From Lama guanicoe (Eukaryota), in NCBI GenBank assembly GCA_013239625.1, contig MU053482.1, positions 4,053,922-4,117,921 on the forward strand: 64,000 bases of DNA, written 5' to 3'. The translations under genes and the position numbers were made by a program. Shown piece after piece: positions 38,121 through 50,918 of this stretch. The notes under the pieces are model-generated. The model was not told where the DNA came from. It saw nothing but the letters and a program-made list of their open reading frames with translations, and searched no databases. Every line of letters starts with the position of its first letter. Position 1 is the first letter of the stretch.

Positions 38121-39509
38121 TTATCTTTAGGCAGACTGGCAAGCTCTCAAAATGGTTGAGAGACTGCCCTAATTACAACAAGATACCAACATCACCGAGC
38201 CCAGTTCTGTACCGGGGCTGCTGTCTTGTGTTTGTCATTTGTTTAAATCTCACTTCTTGCCCCCAATTTCCTGATCAGCAAGCTGAGGCTCGGGCAAGTG
38301 AAGCAACTTGTCAAAGAACACAAGAGTCAAGTTGGGTTCCAAATTCAGCCCCTCAGAACCTGGTTCAGTGGCTAGTCCCCAAGGCCAGAGGCCTGAGAAG
38401 CAAAGCTCTCCAAGAATGGACGGTGGAGGGCAGGCGGCTCAGCCTCCGCTGGGTAGTGAGCCAGAGCCTTTTTCCTCATTGCTGGCCTGCTGCGAGGCCA
38501 TTAACAACTGCTCCTTCCATCCTGTGCGAGCGCAATAAAAGTCACGCAAAACTCACTGTTTACAACTCTAATTGCGGAATTTGGACATGAAGAACACATC
38601 GTGTGAAATGAATAACAAATCCAGTGACTCCCTTTCCTAGCGCGGAAGCTGAGAGAACAGCCCAAGGTTCACCATCCTTGGGGAAAGAGGAGGTCACCAC
38701 TGTGGCATCAATATCTGTGTGCTGAGCCCACCCATCTGCCCCTCCCTGTGCATCCGCACCCCACACTGAGCTCCTGTGTCAGGGCTCCGGCTCTGCTCTG
38801 TGTGCAATGACTGAAAGGGAAGTGGTAATAGGGTGCTTTCCTAAAGCAGGGGGGTCCAGCTCCAGGCAGATAATCGAGGGCATGTCCAGTGGGTGTCTGT
38901 GATGGAGACGGATCCCTGTGATGGTCACCTGAGCTGTGCCCTGTGAAAGAGCCAGAGTCTAAGGAGGCAGTGCTGGGAGAGAAGGCAGCACGGGTGGTCA
39001 GCCTGCTCTTCCTGGCCTCGAGTGTTCCCTTTCTGCACCGATGGAGCGGCTGCCCTTGGGTGTGACACAGTCACACGGACCATCGTGTTCTAGGCACTGG
39101 GCGAGGTATTGGCACATGTGGGCCATCAGAGCCCTCACAGTAATTTAGTCAAGCCTCGAGTCACAGGTCATAACATAACTGGTGTTAGAAAGATGGAGTC
39201 ACTTGCCGCACTCACACATTTGGTATGGGCAGAACTGGGTCTAGAGCCCAGCCTCGCCTGATCCCCAGCTCGTGAGTGCATCAATCACTGCCCTGGTTCC
39301 CCAGCAGCAAAAACTATCCCCTCGAACCAGCCTGCACCGTGAAAGTGAGTGCGGCAGGGAGGGGCTGAGGAATGGCTGCCCCAAGGGGGAGAGGGAGGAG
39401 GGCCATCACAGGGCCAGTGGCTGCATCACCCCAGAGTCACCACTCACTCTGTCCCACAGGAATGGTGGCCGCTGGAATTGTTCAGAGCTACAGCTCAGAG
39501 GCCAATAAA

Positions 39510-40130
39510 TTGAAAATTCACCACATGACCCAGCAATTTCACTCTTGGGTATTTACCTGAAAAAAACAAAAATACTAATTCAAAAAGATACATGCACCCC
39601 AATGTTCATAGCAGCATTATTTACAACAGCCATGATAAGGAAGCAACCTAAGTCTCCATCAACAGACGACTGGATAAAGAAGACATGGTATCTATATACT
39701 ATGGAATACTACTAAAGAATGAAATAATGCCATCTGCAGCAACATGAATGGACTTGAAAGGTATTATGCTAAGTGAAACACGCCAAAGAAAGACAACTAC
39801 TATATGATATCACTTACATGTGGAATATAAAAAATACAACAAACTAGTGAATATAATTTAAAAAGAAGCAGACTCACAGATACAGAGAGCAAATGAGTGG
39901 TTACCAGTGGGTAGAGGGAGGGGTGGGGCAAGATAGGGGTGGGGGAGTAAGAGGTACAAATTATTAGGTATAAAATAAGCTACCAGGATATATTGTACAA
40001 CACGAGCATATAGCCACTGTTTTATAATAACTGTAAATGGAGTATAACCTTTAAAAATTGTGAATCACTATATTGTACACCTACAATTTATATAATATTG
40101 CACAGCAAGTATATTTCAATCAGAAAAAGA
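39510..40130 (+). mobile_element. L1 3' end (ORF2 tail and 3'UTR; L1MA9/artiodactyl-type)
   Basis: atgacccagcaatttcactcttgggtatttac...aaagatacatgcacccc aatgttcatagcagcattatt...ggaagcaacctaag...tatttcaat. Confidence 0.9.
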
Positions 40131-40134
40131 ATTG

Positions 40135-40269
40135 TACAGTTCTTGGCATAACATAATACTCAGTGCACATTTGTTGACTGAGTAAAGGAATGTATGAGTG
40201 AGTGAATGAGTGATTGAATAAATAGAGCCTGTGGGGACATTCCATTGTTGTATGTTTTCCAGCAGAAGA
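40135..40269. repeat. Dispersed copy of 41377-41515 (L2 tail plus unique flank)
   Basis: About 135 bp, four substitutions and one 4-nt indel relative to the second copy. Confidence 0.92.
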
Positions 40270-41076
40270 TGAAGGATCTGAGAATTTACCCTACTAACAA
40301 GTTAACACAAGAATCCTGGGTCAGAGACAAAGGACTTTTTTACTCTATATTTCACCATAGTCAATTTCTACTTCGGTGGAAGAGTTGATGATTTACAGAA
40401 TTTTAAAAAATATAATCAAATCAGTATTTGGAAACTCTAAGAAATGTATTGTAAAGTTAAATATTAAATGCAGAAGATGTATTTAAAAAAAAAAAAAAGA
40501 GATCCAAAGAAACCTATCTGGATTTGTCTTTGAATAATGCAGAGATGGAGGTGAGCAGCCAGAGCCTCAGGACTGGGTCAGGCTCCCTGCGAAACCGTAG
40601 CCCAGGCAGAGCCCTGCACTAGCAGTCCTCAGCCGACGCCTGGGCGATGCAAGCGCTCAGGAGGAGCCATGCAGGGCACAGTTTAATCAAATCCGGGCCA
40701 GGAAACAAAGCCAGGGAAGGTTTTCAAAACCTCACAACCACTTGGTGCCTGGCATTCTTATTTATTTATAGATAAAAAACAGACAGAAGAGAAGAAGTCT
40801 GCCAAAGAGTGCAGAGAAGTGGCTGGACATTAATTCTTGGCCCACAAAGTAAAACTTTTTTAGCTGTCTCTGGGATGTTACTTGTAAGTGCTCAGGGCGC
40901 AATCACAATCCACGAGAGGCCTCGAATGCCCCACGTGTCAGCCTTGGGAGCACTGCCTGCAGGGGAGGGTGATGGCTTCATTATGACCCCAGGTGGGGAT
41001 GGTGGTTTCTAGAGAGTGATCAGCAGAGAAATAAGCTCATTTTTTCATTCTTTTCTCTCCCCATTTCCCACCCCTC

Positions 41077-41078
<2 letters not shown>

Positions 41079-41111
<33 letters not shown>
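41079..41111. repeat. (TG)n microsatellite
   Basis: About 16 TG units. Confidence 0.95.
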
Positions 41112-41112
<1 letters not shown>

Positions 41113-41376
41113 TCCTTCTTCTCCAGCCAATAATTTACCTTCCCATAGAAAAATCACTTTTTTCCCCACTTTGTCTTTTATAGTCTAGAAGACTTAGGCA
41201 AAAAGAGTCGGGGGGTCCCCCAAATCCCGTCTTGTCCCATTTTTCCTCTGATGGCCAGAGAAAGGACTCAGGGCAGCAGGATGCATCATATGAACAGTAA
41301 TTATCTAAGTGTCTGCCTCCCTTTCCACACTGGGGCTCTTGCAGGTTGGCAACCGGGCAAAGCTGTCTCTGCCTTT

Positions 41377-41515
41377 TACAGTTCTTGGCAGAACATAATA
41401 CTCAATGCACATTTGTTGACTGAGTAAAGGAGTGTATGAGTGAGTGAATGAGTGATTGATTGAATAAATAGAGCCTGTGGGGACATTCCATTGTTGTATT
41501 TTTTCCAGCAGAAGA
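41377..41515. repeat. Probable source copy of the 40135-40269 duplication
   Basis: Direct alignment; continuous with upstream L2-like sequence from ~41300. Confidence 0.92.
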
Positions 41516-42311
41516 AATTTTCCAGGCTGTTACACTAATTAAGGCTAATATTCTCAGTTATTTTGAGGATTGCTTGAAAATTTGCTGCTAATTTAAATAA
41601 AATGGTTACGTTTACTCATTAACCAATTAGCCTGCTTCCCGGCAGCTTCACCTCACTAACCTGATCAGTTACACTGGGCTTTCTCCTACCCAGGGCCTTC
41701 TCTGAGACCTGGGGATAGCACCATGCTATCAGAGTGAACTTTCTAAACAATGTTTAAGCAGAATCTCTCAAAAGGTTTCAGCACAGGTGTGAACCCGGCC
41801 CCTCTTCCCAGGCCAAGCTGCCTTTGGGTCCCCAAGGTCTTTGGGCCTCTTTGCTCTACGATACCATTCCTATCACTAGACCACATCTGTTCTTCCAGGG
41901 AAACGAAACTTTCCAAAATGTGAGCACTTCCCGAAGGACAACTTAGCATGTGTTTGATGAATGAACAGAACTGGGGAGAGAATGCAAGCCAAAATGCAGG
42001 CATCCTTCCTAGCCTTGTCCCGGCCAGTGACCTGCGGTGTGACTCCAGCCAAGTGGCTCACATCCCCAGATGCCATTTTCCTGTTTTCTTATTTGTCAGA
42101 GGAGGAACTGATTTAGAAAATACCTACGTTTGCGTGGCAGGGACAAGGCTTCCTGGGCACGCAGAAAACCCTAACTTTCCACATCTTCTGCAGTTAGGCA
42201 GGGCCATGTGAGAGCTCTGGTGAACCGAATGTCACAGGAAGTGCCGTGAGGCACTTTACCTTGGGGGCATGGAAGTCAGATTTCCAGTCACACCCTTCCC
42301 CTTTGGGGGGG

Positions 42312-42726
42312 TTGTGGGTTGAACTGTGTACCTAAAACATTCATATGTTGAAGTCCTAACATCCAGTACCCCAGGTGTTGGATATTCAAAAATAGGGTCA
42401 CTGCAGATGGACTTATTTAAATTAGGATGAGGTCTGGAGTGGGTGGGCCCCTAATCCAGGATGACTGGCATCCTCAGCAAAAGGGGAAATTCTGGACACA
42501 GACCAGCACACCGGGAGAGCACCATGCGAAGCTGGAGTTATGCTCCCTCCAGCCATGGAACTACCAGAAGCTGGGGAGAGAGGCCTGGAGCAGATCCTTT
42601 CCTAGCATCTTCAAAGAGACCATGGCCCTGCTGCCACCTTGGTCCTGGACTCCTAGCCTTCAGAGCTGTGAGATGATACACTTCCATTCTGCACTCCTCT
42701 GTTACAGCTGCCTTGGGAAATAATAC
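42312..42726 (+). mobile_element. MLT1B/C-like solo LTR
   Basis: tgtgggttgaactgtg...tcatatgttgaagtcctaac...gggccctaatccaggatgactgg...aaataatac. Confidence 0.85.
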
Positions 42727-43249
42727 GGGCGGAAGACCATGTAATTAGACTATGAATCCACAAGGGTACCTGAGTCACTAACGGCCTGGAAAGTCACGCC
42801 ACCTTTAGCCAACTTTGTGAAAAGAGTAAGGAAATACCTAAAACCTGGAAATAAGGCAGAAAGGAGGGGAGGTTATCTGTCCTTTCAATAACACACTGGG
42901 GCATCGTCCAACAAGCCCATCCAAGAGTATGTAATTTTCCAAGAGAATATACCTGTGTTTGACTTCGCTACTTACCCTTTGATTAGTACCCAGACACTAT
43001 GAAGTTAAACGTTAACTTCTAGATTTCTGCTGGGGTGGAAAAGATCACACTAAAGGCTGTCATTTTATTTCCCTGTAGGACATTAACCACTCTTATATCT
43101 AATCTACAATTTTATTCTAACATTCTTTTTTAGAAAATACTTACAGATACTGAGTGCTTTCAGTACCTGTTTAACCATCTTACTGGTTCCTTTATTAATG
43201 AGTTTTTTTTTTACATGTTCATTTTAGTTTGTTTGTGTCATGTTTTACT

Positions 43250-43485
43250 TTTTAAATTTATTTTATTTTATTAAAAAATTTTTATTGAAGTATAGGAGGT
43301 TTATCATGATGTATTAATTTCTGCTGTACAGCATAGTGATTCAGTTATATATACATATATATATATTCCTTTTCATATTCTTTTTCATTATAGGCTATTA
43401 CAAGGTATTAAATATAGTTCCCTGTGCTATACAGTAGGACCTTGTCATTTATCTATTTTATATATAGTAGTTAGTATCTGCAAAT
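43250..43485 (-). mobile_element. L1 3' end, antisense
   Basis: tttttattgaagtata...catagtgattcagttata...tatagttccctgtgctatacagtaggaccttg. Confidence 0.85.
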
Positions 43486-43989
43486 GTTTTACTTTTTTGA
43501 ATTGACAAAATTAACTTGTTTGGTTAATGCCAGTGAGGTTTGGGGATTGATTGTTATCTGGTTGATATAGGTCCTTTCTGGTTTTAAAACCCCAAATGGA
43601 AAAACTTAGAAATTTGGAAGAAGGAAACAATGAAGGGAGGGGACTCTCAAAGTCAGCAGGATGAACTTGGCCAGCTCGCAGTCCTGCCTTCTGGTCCTCC
43701 TCCTCCTTTACCGTTCTTGGTCATGGCTGGCTGAAATCCAAGGCATGCAGCTCAACCCTGCCCACACACGTAATGCCCAAGAGAGAAAAAGAGTTCAAGC
43801 CCTGGCTGGCTTTACGATGTGAGGATTAAATAATACAGAAAATTCTGACTCCATCACTAGAATGAAAACTTCATGAGGGCAGTGACTTCCGCCTGGCTCA
43901 TCACTGTCTCCCAGGGCCAAGAACAGTATCTGGTGCATGATGGACTCTCATTCATTAAAGAAAAATGAAAAGGGGAATGAATTAAAAAG

Positions 43990-44260
43990 TCATAGAATTT
44001 CAGGGTGGGAGCACCTTTAGGGATTTCTCAGCTTAAGCCTCTACATGACATAGGAACACTTCATAACGCCCCTGGAGCCTGCCAAACTTGACTTGGACAC
44101 CTCTAGTGGTGGAGAGGTCACCACTGCCTGAGCCAATGACTAGGAAGAATTTCCCGATACTCAGCAAAAATCTGTGTGCTTATAATTTTGGAAGTTTCAT
44201 GTCTCTCTTAAATCTGCTCCTCTCCAAGCTAACCAATTCCCATTCTTAAGGACATTGCCT
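43990..44260 (-). mobile_element. L3/CR1 LINE 3' fragment
   Basis: catagaatttcagggtggga...cttggacacctctagtggtggagagg.caccac. Confidence 0.55.
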
Positions 44261-44289
44261 TGAGTCTCTTTACCAATCTGTAATAATTA

Positions 44290-44520
44290 GACAATATTTA
44301 GTAAGCAATGACTGTGTACCAGGTTTGTTGTCTAAATGTTTTAGGTGCATCAATTTATTTAATTTCTCTAGTGACCCTATGAGGTAGGTACTACTATAAT
44401 CTCTACTTATAGGTAATGAAATTGAGCACAAGGAAATTATGGTACCTACCCAGGGAACCAGGTTTTAGTAAGTGGTACGGCTGGGATTTGAACCCAGGTA
44501 GTCTGGTTCTTGATCACTAT
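44290..44520 (-). mobile_element. MIR SINE
   Basis: ccctatgaggtaggtacta...agtaagtgg...ctgggatttgaacccagg.agtctgg. Confidence 0.75.
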
Positions 44521-44564
44521 ACCTGATCATTTGCCTCTCAATATTTTCAGGCTTCCTTATTCCC

Positions 44565-44757
44565 TCTCCTTGCTATGTAAGGACACAGTGAGAAGAAGAC
44601 CATTTGTAAACTAGAAAGAGAGTTCTCAGTAGAAGCCAACTCAGAAGGCACTTTACTCTTGGATTTTCAGCCTCAGAACTGTGAGAAAATAAATCTCTGT
44701 TGTTTGAGCCACCCAGCCTTTGACATTTGTTATGGAAGCCCCAGCAGACTAATACAG
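44565..44757 (+). mobile_element. MLT1A-like LTR 3' part
   Basis: ggacacagtgagaagaag...cagaactgtgagaaaataaatctctgttgtttgagccaccc...gactaataca. Confidence 0.8.
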
Positions 44758-44759
44758 GC

Positions 44760-45246
44760 AGTGTCTGCTAAAGGTGAACATATGTCAACACTATGACTCA
44801 GTAATTTGATTCCTGGGTATATATCTAAAAGAAATGAGTACATATGTACACCAAAAGACATGGACAAAGACGTTCATAGCAGCAGTATTCATAATACTCC
44901 CAACCTGGCAATAGCCCAACTGTATATCAATAGTAGAATATATAGTGAATGTGGTATATTTATAAGATGGAATATTACATAGTAATAAAAATGAACAAAT
45001 TACAACTACCTGTAACAGCATGGATGTACTTTACAGATATAATGATGAAAGAAAGATGCCAACATGAGAAAGAATATGCCCTATGATCCTATTTACAGAA
45101 AAGCCAAAATCAAGCAATAATGTTTGTTCTTGGCCTGGGTGCTGGTTCCATGGGTATGTTTGCTGTGATAATTCATTAATCTGTACAGTTATAATTTGTC
45201 TATTTTCTATATATATGTTAAACATCAATAAAAGGTTACATAAAAA
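44760..45246 (+). mobile_element. Old L1 (L1M) 3' fragment
   Basis: ctatgactcag...tcctgggtatatatc..aaagaaatgag...gttcatagcagcagtattcataata...tcaataaaagg. Confidence 0.8.
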
Positions 45247-46232
45247 TAGTCACCGATTAAAAATGTCACATTATTCTAAGAATGGAGAATGAGTTACTAT
45301 ACTATGCAGTGTGGGGATAGTGTGATCTGACTGATCAGTCAGTGATGTCACAGCAGCCTGGCCCACAGAAAAGGACAAAGTGGTGCAGATCACAGTGGAC
45401 AATCACTGGGAAGTCTCAGTACACCGAGTGACGCACACATCACAACATCCTTCAGTTGTGTGTTTAGGCAGGAAACAACTCTTTAAAACACTAAACAGCA
45501 ATTGCACAAACATACACATCTTCTACACTAAAATGTCTTTTTGAAAATCATTGAACACTTCTAGAGGTAAGACAAGTAAACTCTGAAAATGCCAAGTGAT
45601 AATGCGTCAGTCTCTGGCACTCTTGGTCAATGACTGTCCATTGTACTCAAATGAATAAACCATTTCTCTTGCCAGTGTCTTAACATCCTATTTGGATACC
45701 TAAAGCCTAGATTATGAGTGGGGAATTTTAGGAGGATAACTTACTTTCCTAGTAGCTGCCCTTTATTCCCCACTGGAAGGTCAGAAGAGCTAGAAAGGAT
45801 CTCATGCCTATACATTTTGGTATCAGCTATGATCTACTCAAGGGCAGAGCCTGAAGTCTCTGAAAGGACTCTGAGAAGTCAGGGAGCCTGGGGAAACCCT
45901 TGGGCTCCCTTCTTCGGGGGAAAGTCATGCTGCCAGAGCCAGGACTATAATTTACCCACAGTCTCCCCAAAGAAGGCAGGTGTTCCTCTTTAGAGATGCA
46001 TCATCTCCCTTGCTCCCCACCCCAGAGGATCCTGGCATCCCAGCATCTGTTCTTCAGACTCCTTTGGCGCATGGCAGGTATGACTCACTTTTTCACTCAT
46101 AAGGATACTTCCTAATGAAAAACTCCCAGGGCCCCTGGGCCCAGAGTAGCCATGATGGACTTGAGCTTTTCCTTCCCCACACCAGACACACATGTGCACA
46201 CCCCTGGCACGGGGAGCTCTCAGAGCACTCAC

Positions 46233-46328
46233 CTGGGGCGTCATCCCATGGCAGATGTACACAATAGGAACATTCTCTGTGTCTGGACCCTGATCAAGAC
46301 ACAAGTCAGTCTTCAGAGAGTTCTGCAG
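46233..46328 (-). CDS. GALNT18: GALNT18 coding exon (probably exon 9), lectin alpha repeat: LQNSLKTDLCLDQGPDTENVPIVYICHGMTPQ
   Basis: 96 nt = 32 codons. Acceptor gttcag|CTG, donor CAG|gtgagt. CLD and CHG ricin-B motifs. Confidence 0.96.
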
Positions 46329-46598
46329 CTGAACATCAGAGGACAGGTGGCCACAGCAAAGAAAAAGGAGCAGAGAAACCAATGCATTAAGTCAGGATAA
46401 ACAAACATTCCACTGAGACAGGTTCCACTTCCATAATCAACCCAAGGCCCCTTGACTACTATGGAAACCAACAAACACCAGCTTTTGCCGTGTACAAAAT
46501 GCTGAGGGAAGACCAGCCTCCTTTGAAGGAGACGCATTTGGATGTTATTAAACAGCAAGCTAGGTTTGGGGAATTGAGACAGTCTAGGTAAAAATATA

Positions 46599-46602
<4 letters not shown>

Positions 46603-46637
<35 letters not shown>
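46603..46637. repeat. (CA)n microsatellite ~275 nt upstream of the exon 9 acceptor
   Basis: About 17 CA units. Confidence 0.95.
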
Positions 46638-46642
<5 letters not shown>

Positions 46643-47199
46643 GTGCTAGATTTTTCACCCCTTCCATGTGTGCAAGGGTTGGCACAATGGCCTTCAGAAT
46701 TCCCTGAACAGAAGTCTTTGCTCTTAAGTGTTGGGGGAAGTATGCAACGTGTCAGCTGTTTTTGGACCTGGGGCGAACTTTAGGATCAGATTTTCTCTGC
46801 TTCCTGCAGACACAGCCATTTGGCCAGGCTCCAGCAGACGCCCAGCTGATGAGGGTTCTCTAGAGTGGGAGGTCTGGTGGGAGAATAAGAGGGGAGGGGG
46901 CCAGAGTGGGAGCAGGAGAAGGGAGAGTTATCGCTTATACTCATCTACAAGCACATGGCAATGAGCAGAACAGACGTCTAGGTGCCATGAACCAATGTCT
47001 TACCATGTCTAGGTAGGAAAGCCAATATTCGATGTCCCCTTCTGGCTTAAGCCCACTCTCAGCCCTTGGAAAGAGCAGCTTATAGTCCCCTGGGTTCCCA
47101 AAGCCAGCCTCTGACTGAGGGGTGGGTGAAAGTGTCTTTTGATAAGGTCCTCCCGCCCCCCATTAAGCAGGTGGTCTGTTGAGGACGTTGGGGGAGACA

Positions 47200-47398
47200 G
47201 ACTGAGATGGAATCCTGGCTCCAGCTGTGGGCTTGGACAAAGCAACATCACTCCTGGTCTGCTTCCTTCTCTCTCAAACAGGGATAATAACAGTGCCAAC
47301 CTCACAGGTCTGTGGATTAACTGAAACAATGTCTACAAGTGCTCAGCACACGGCCTGGCAGACAGGAAACGTGCAATAACTTAGCTGCTATCATTACT
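47200..47398 (+). mobile_element. MIR SINE
   Basis: gaatcctggctcc...gggataataacagtgccaacctcacagg...aagtgctcagcacacggcctggca. Confidence 0.7.
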
Positions 47399-50300
47399 GC
47401 CGGGAACTTCCTGAAAGCCGTTCAGGGAAACTAGCTTTTATGAGTGCACCTATGTGCCAGGTACATGAAGACATGCTTTCTCTGTGTTATCCCACCTAAT
47501 CCTCAAAACAACTCAGCCCGGTTGGTAATAATCTCTCTCTTATTGTCTCTTTCCTATAACACAGGAAGTGTGTCAGAGGACGAAGCTCCGCCTCCCCTCT
47601 CAGTCTGTGCTGCTGTTCCCACTGCACAGACCCGCTGCTTGGCCTTCTCTTTGCCTGACTGAATCCCCCTCTTCCTGTGGTTCTCAGCATCTCTGTCACT
47701 CTGGAAGCCTCTCCTGACCCACGTCTGGGAGTGAGGCGGCCGCGCCTCCAGCTCTCTGACTGCAGCTCTTATGCACTGTATTCCTGTCACTTCTTCACTT
47801 GCCTGTCCCCTCTCTGAGTCACCAGACCAGGTCTCGGGCTTTCTCACTGCCTGTGACGCGGGCCAGCCCCCACGTACCTAGGGCACCATGTTTACCCTCC
47901 ACGGTGACCAGTAAGTGCACGTGGGATGACTGAATGAAGAAAGTGAGCACGTGAAGCAATGACATCAGAGCTGGACAAGCGGCAGAGCTGGGGTCTGCCT
48001 GTCTCCAAAGCCCAAGTTCTTTCCATCATGCAAACAGAGACAATCCTGAGACTGTGCGAGATGCCCCGTGACGTGATGGGACTATATCCTTTAAAGTTTT
48101 GTAAACTGTGGAGGTCACACTGTCATTAAATAGCAACGCTAATTTTCAGAAGCCAGGGATGCCTGTTTCCAGCTGCTACTCCATCTCTACTGTCAGCACC
48201 AGAGCTAGACCTATCCAAAGCCGTGTGGTCTCCCAGACCCCGAGCTCAGTGATCCCGGGGATGCCCGTGCCCACACAGTGGGGCCCCCGGCCTTCTGCCT
48301 GCAGGAGGTATTAATGGCACCTGTTTCTAGATTAATGGGCTGGGTTATACAGGCTTGCAAGTGGCCTGATCGAGAGTCCCAGTGGGTTATGAGACCTGAG
48401 CAATGCAGTCTAGGCATGAGATGGAAGGAAAAGAAAGAAAAAAGACACCTTCCCCAGAGAAGACATCTGGTCTCTCCATTACAAAAAAAAAAAAAAAATC
48501 ACCAGGAAGACAGCTTCAGCCCCAGAGAGCCTCTTACTCGTGTGCTGCATCCTGCCTCGCCCACTGTCACCCTGCTTTCCCCATTAAGAGCTCATTCCGC
48601 CCCTTGACAAGCAAGTGTGTCTCTGCTCATGTAAGAGCCCAGCCCGTGGAGGAGGGAGGATGGGGGGAGGCGCGGGCCGGGCCCTGAACAGCGGCTGGCA
48701 GATGAACAGGGGGTGGGCGACCTCCGCCAGCCTCAGGAACGGCTGACACGGCTCAGCCCTCTGGGATGATGAGTGGACGGCTTTTCAGCACAACAGAGTG
48801 GGAACAGCCCCAGCTGTGGATGTGGACAGATCCAGGTCACAGTCTGGATAGCTGCTCACTATCTGACAAACCCAAGTTTCTGGGTGTGTGGTGGTGAGGG
48901 GGCTACAGGGTAAACCTGCTGTATGTGTTCATAAGATGAGACCCTTTTGCTTGGAAGACAAGGTGCCTTTGTCTGTGACCCAGAATTGCAATGGCTGCGT
49001 GCATGCACCTCCACTGTTATGGCTCTCCCTGCCTCTTGGGCTAGGTTTGGCTAATAGCATCTAGCTATAGCTGATAGCTTGGTGAGACCATGAATCCAAA
49101 AGCTTGCCCTGGCTCCCAGAAGTCTGGGGACAGGAATTTTTCTGGAGCCACAGTAGCACAGCTAATCTCTTTGGACTGGGTCCAATGGTGGCCAAGCAAC
49201 CCATACAACTTGCTATGGACGCCAGGAGCAGCTGTGTCCTCAGGACAGTTCTGGAGAGTCAGATGAGCCTGATGGGCACCTCACAGTCCAGTGTGTTTCC
49301 ATGGTGATGACAGGTCAGAGCTGGGCAGCGCCAGCTGAGGAGTTTTAAATACCAGCCTGAGACATGGAGAGGCAAGAGACTACTAAGTGGTTCCCTAAGG
49401 ACATATTAACCACGCCATGGGGACTCTTGTGGGAGGATATGACCCCCTCCTACAGGCGGGCCTCCAGGACAACAGAGCCCCTGAGGGTGAGTGGGAAGGA
49501 AGGAGTTTCTGGGAACTCGGCTGTGTCTCCTTGAGAATCCTAGGATGTTAGAGATGGGAACACTGAGGCTGATCGTTCCACAAGGATTCTTCCCCTCCCA
49601 GGCTGACGCTGTGCCCATCGCATTCATGCGAGACAGGCCTTGAACTCGGTTCTGACCACAGGTCATCAAAGGAAGAGACCTCGGGTCTGCCTTCAAGTTT
49701 TCATCCTAGGATATCAAAAAGGTCTGAGGGGACACTCTCCAAAGGGAGGAATCAGATTGAGAGTAGAAGCTGATGTTTTAGACTCAGTCTTACTGTTGAT
49801 TACCTGTGTGAACAAGGGCAAGTTGCTTTGCCTCTCTGTTTCCCCATCCGTAACACAGCAGGGGCGGGGGTAAGCTAGGTAGCCCCAAGGGGTAGTTTTG
49901 AGGGCTTAAATGTTGTCAAAATCTTTATGTGTTCAGTCAGCAAAAACCAAGTGAGATATCCAAAAATCAATCAGGTATTTAGAATCCCTTAAGAGTTGTG
50001 TGGTCCTGGGGATACTGGAAGAATGAGAGAGTCTATCGTGTTCAAAGTTAACCTTAGACACAAAATACATTTATACATTTTAGACTTTCTTCTACCCTAT
50101 GAGGACAGTGTTATTTTACTTCCACTTAACATATGAAGAAACTAAGGCCCATAGACATTCAGACACTTGCCCAGGAAGTGGCAGGTCAAGGTTAGAACCA
50201 GGTCCATCTGGATCCTAACCCTCTGCTCTGCCCTTCGGTCTTGCTGTCTTCACTGCGGGGAGCTGCTCGGTGCCAAGCAACAGGCGGTACTAAAACATCC

Positions 50301-50780
50301 CTCAAAATACAGTGAAGCCAAGAAGGTCGTATTTCCCAGAACTCCTTTCCTGGAGGCTCTGTGTGAGTGGAGGGCACAGCCCCTGGGGTGGGGGAGGCAT
50401 GCGGGCTGGTTGATGGAACCTCAGGCACCCAAGCTGGGGCAACAGTGGGTGCTTGTAACGTTGCTTTGCAATCTTAACCTAACTGCAGGTTTTTGTTTTA
50501 TTAAGTGAAATATGAAGGTTTGGGGCTAGAACTGAATTGCTCTGGACTATAAAGGAAAGACTAAACATTTCTCTCAAGGGAATGGAGAGGTTTGTGCTGA
50601 GAAAGCATTCGCTGCCTCAACGCCTCACTTGCGGCTCCAGAAACCAGCCTCTTGTTCATGGGTGTACCGCAGGTCCCCTACGGGAGGCCAGGAGGCTCGT
50701 GCCCCCTCTGGCTCTCTACACCTCTCTCTGGTCCTGTTCTCTCTGTGCCTGGATGAAACCCCGAGGAACTGGCTCCTTAC

Positions 50781-50918
50781 CACCCCGTAGGCAATGATGT
50801 CCGAGTACATCCTCATCTCTGGGTACACGCTGACCAGGTACCACCGGAAAGTCTTGCACTGCAACTGTTTTCTCAGGGCCTTCCTTGCCGTGATGTCCCC
50901 AATGTCGATTCCTGAGTC
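50781..50918 (-). CDS. GALNT18: GALNT18 coding exon (probably exon 8): DSGIDIGDITARKALRKQLQCKTFRWYLVSVYPEMRMYSDIIAYGV
   Basis: 138 nt = 46 codons. Acceptor gtgcag|GAC, donor GTG|gtaagg. Typical GalNAc-T GDI..RK.LR..L.CK.F.WYL..VYPE linker, in frame with the neighbouring exons. Confidence 0.97.

Noticed and set aside
45327..45342. Perfect 16-bp palindrome ctgactgatcagtcag
   Set aside because: About one such palindrome is expected by chance in 64 kb (4^-8 per position).
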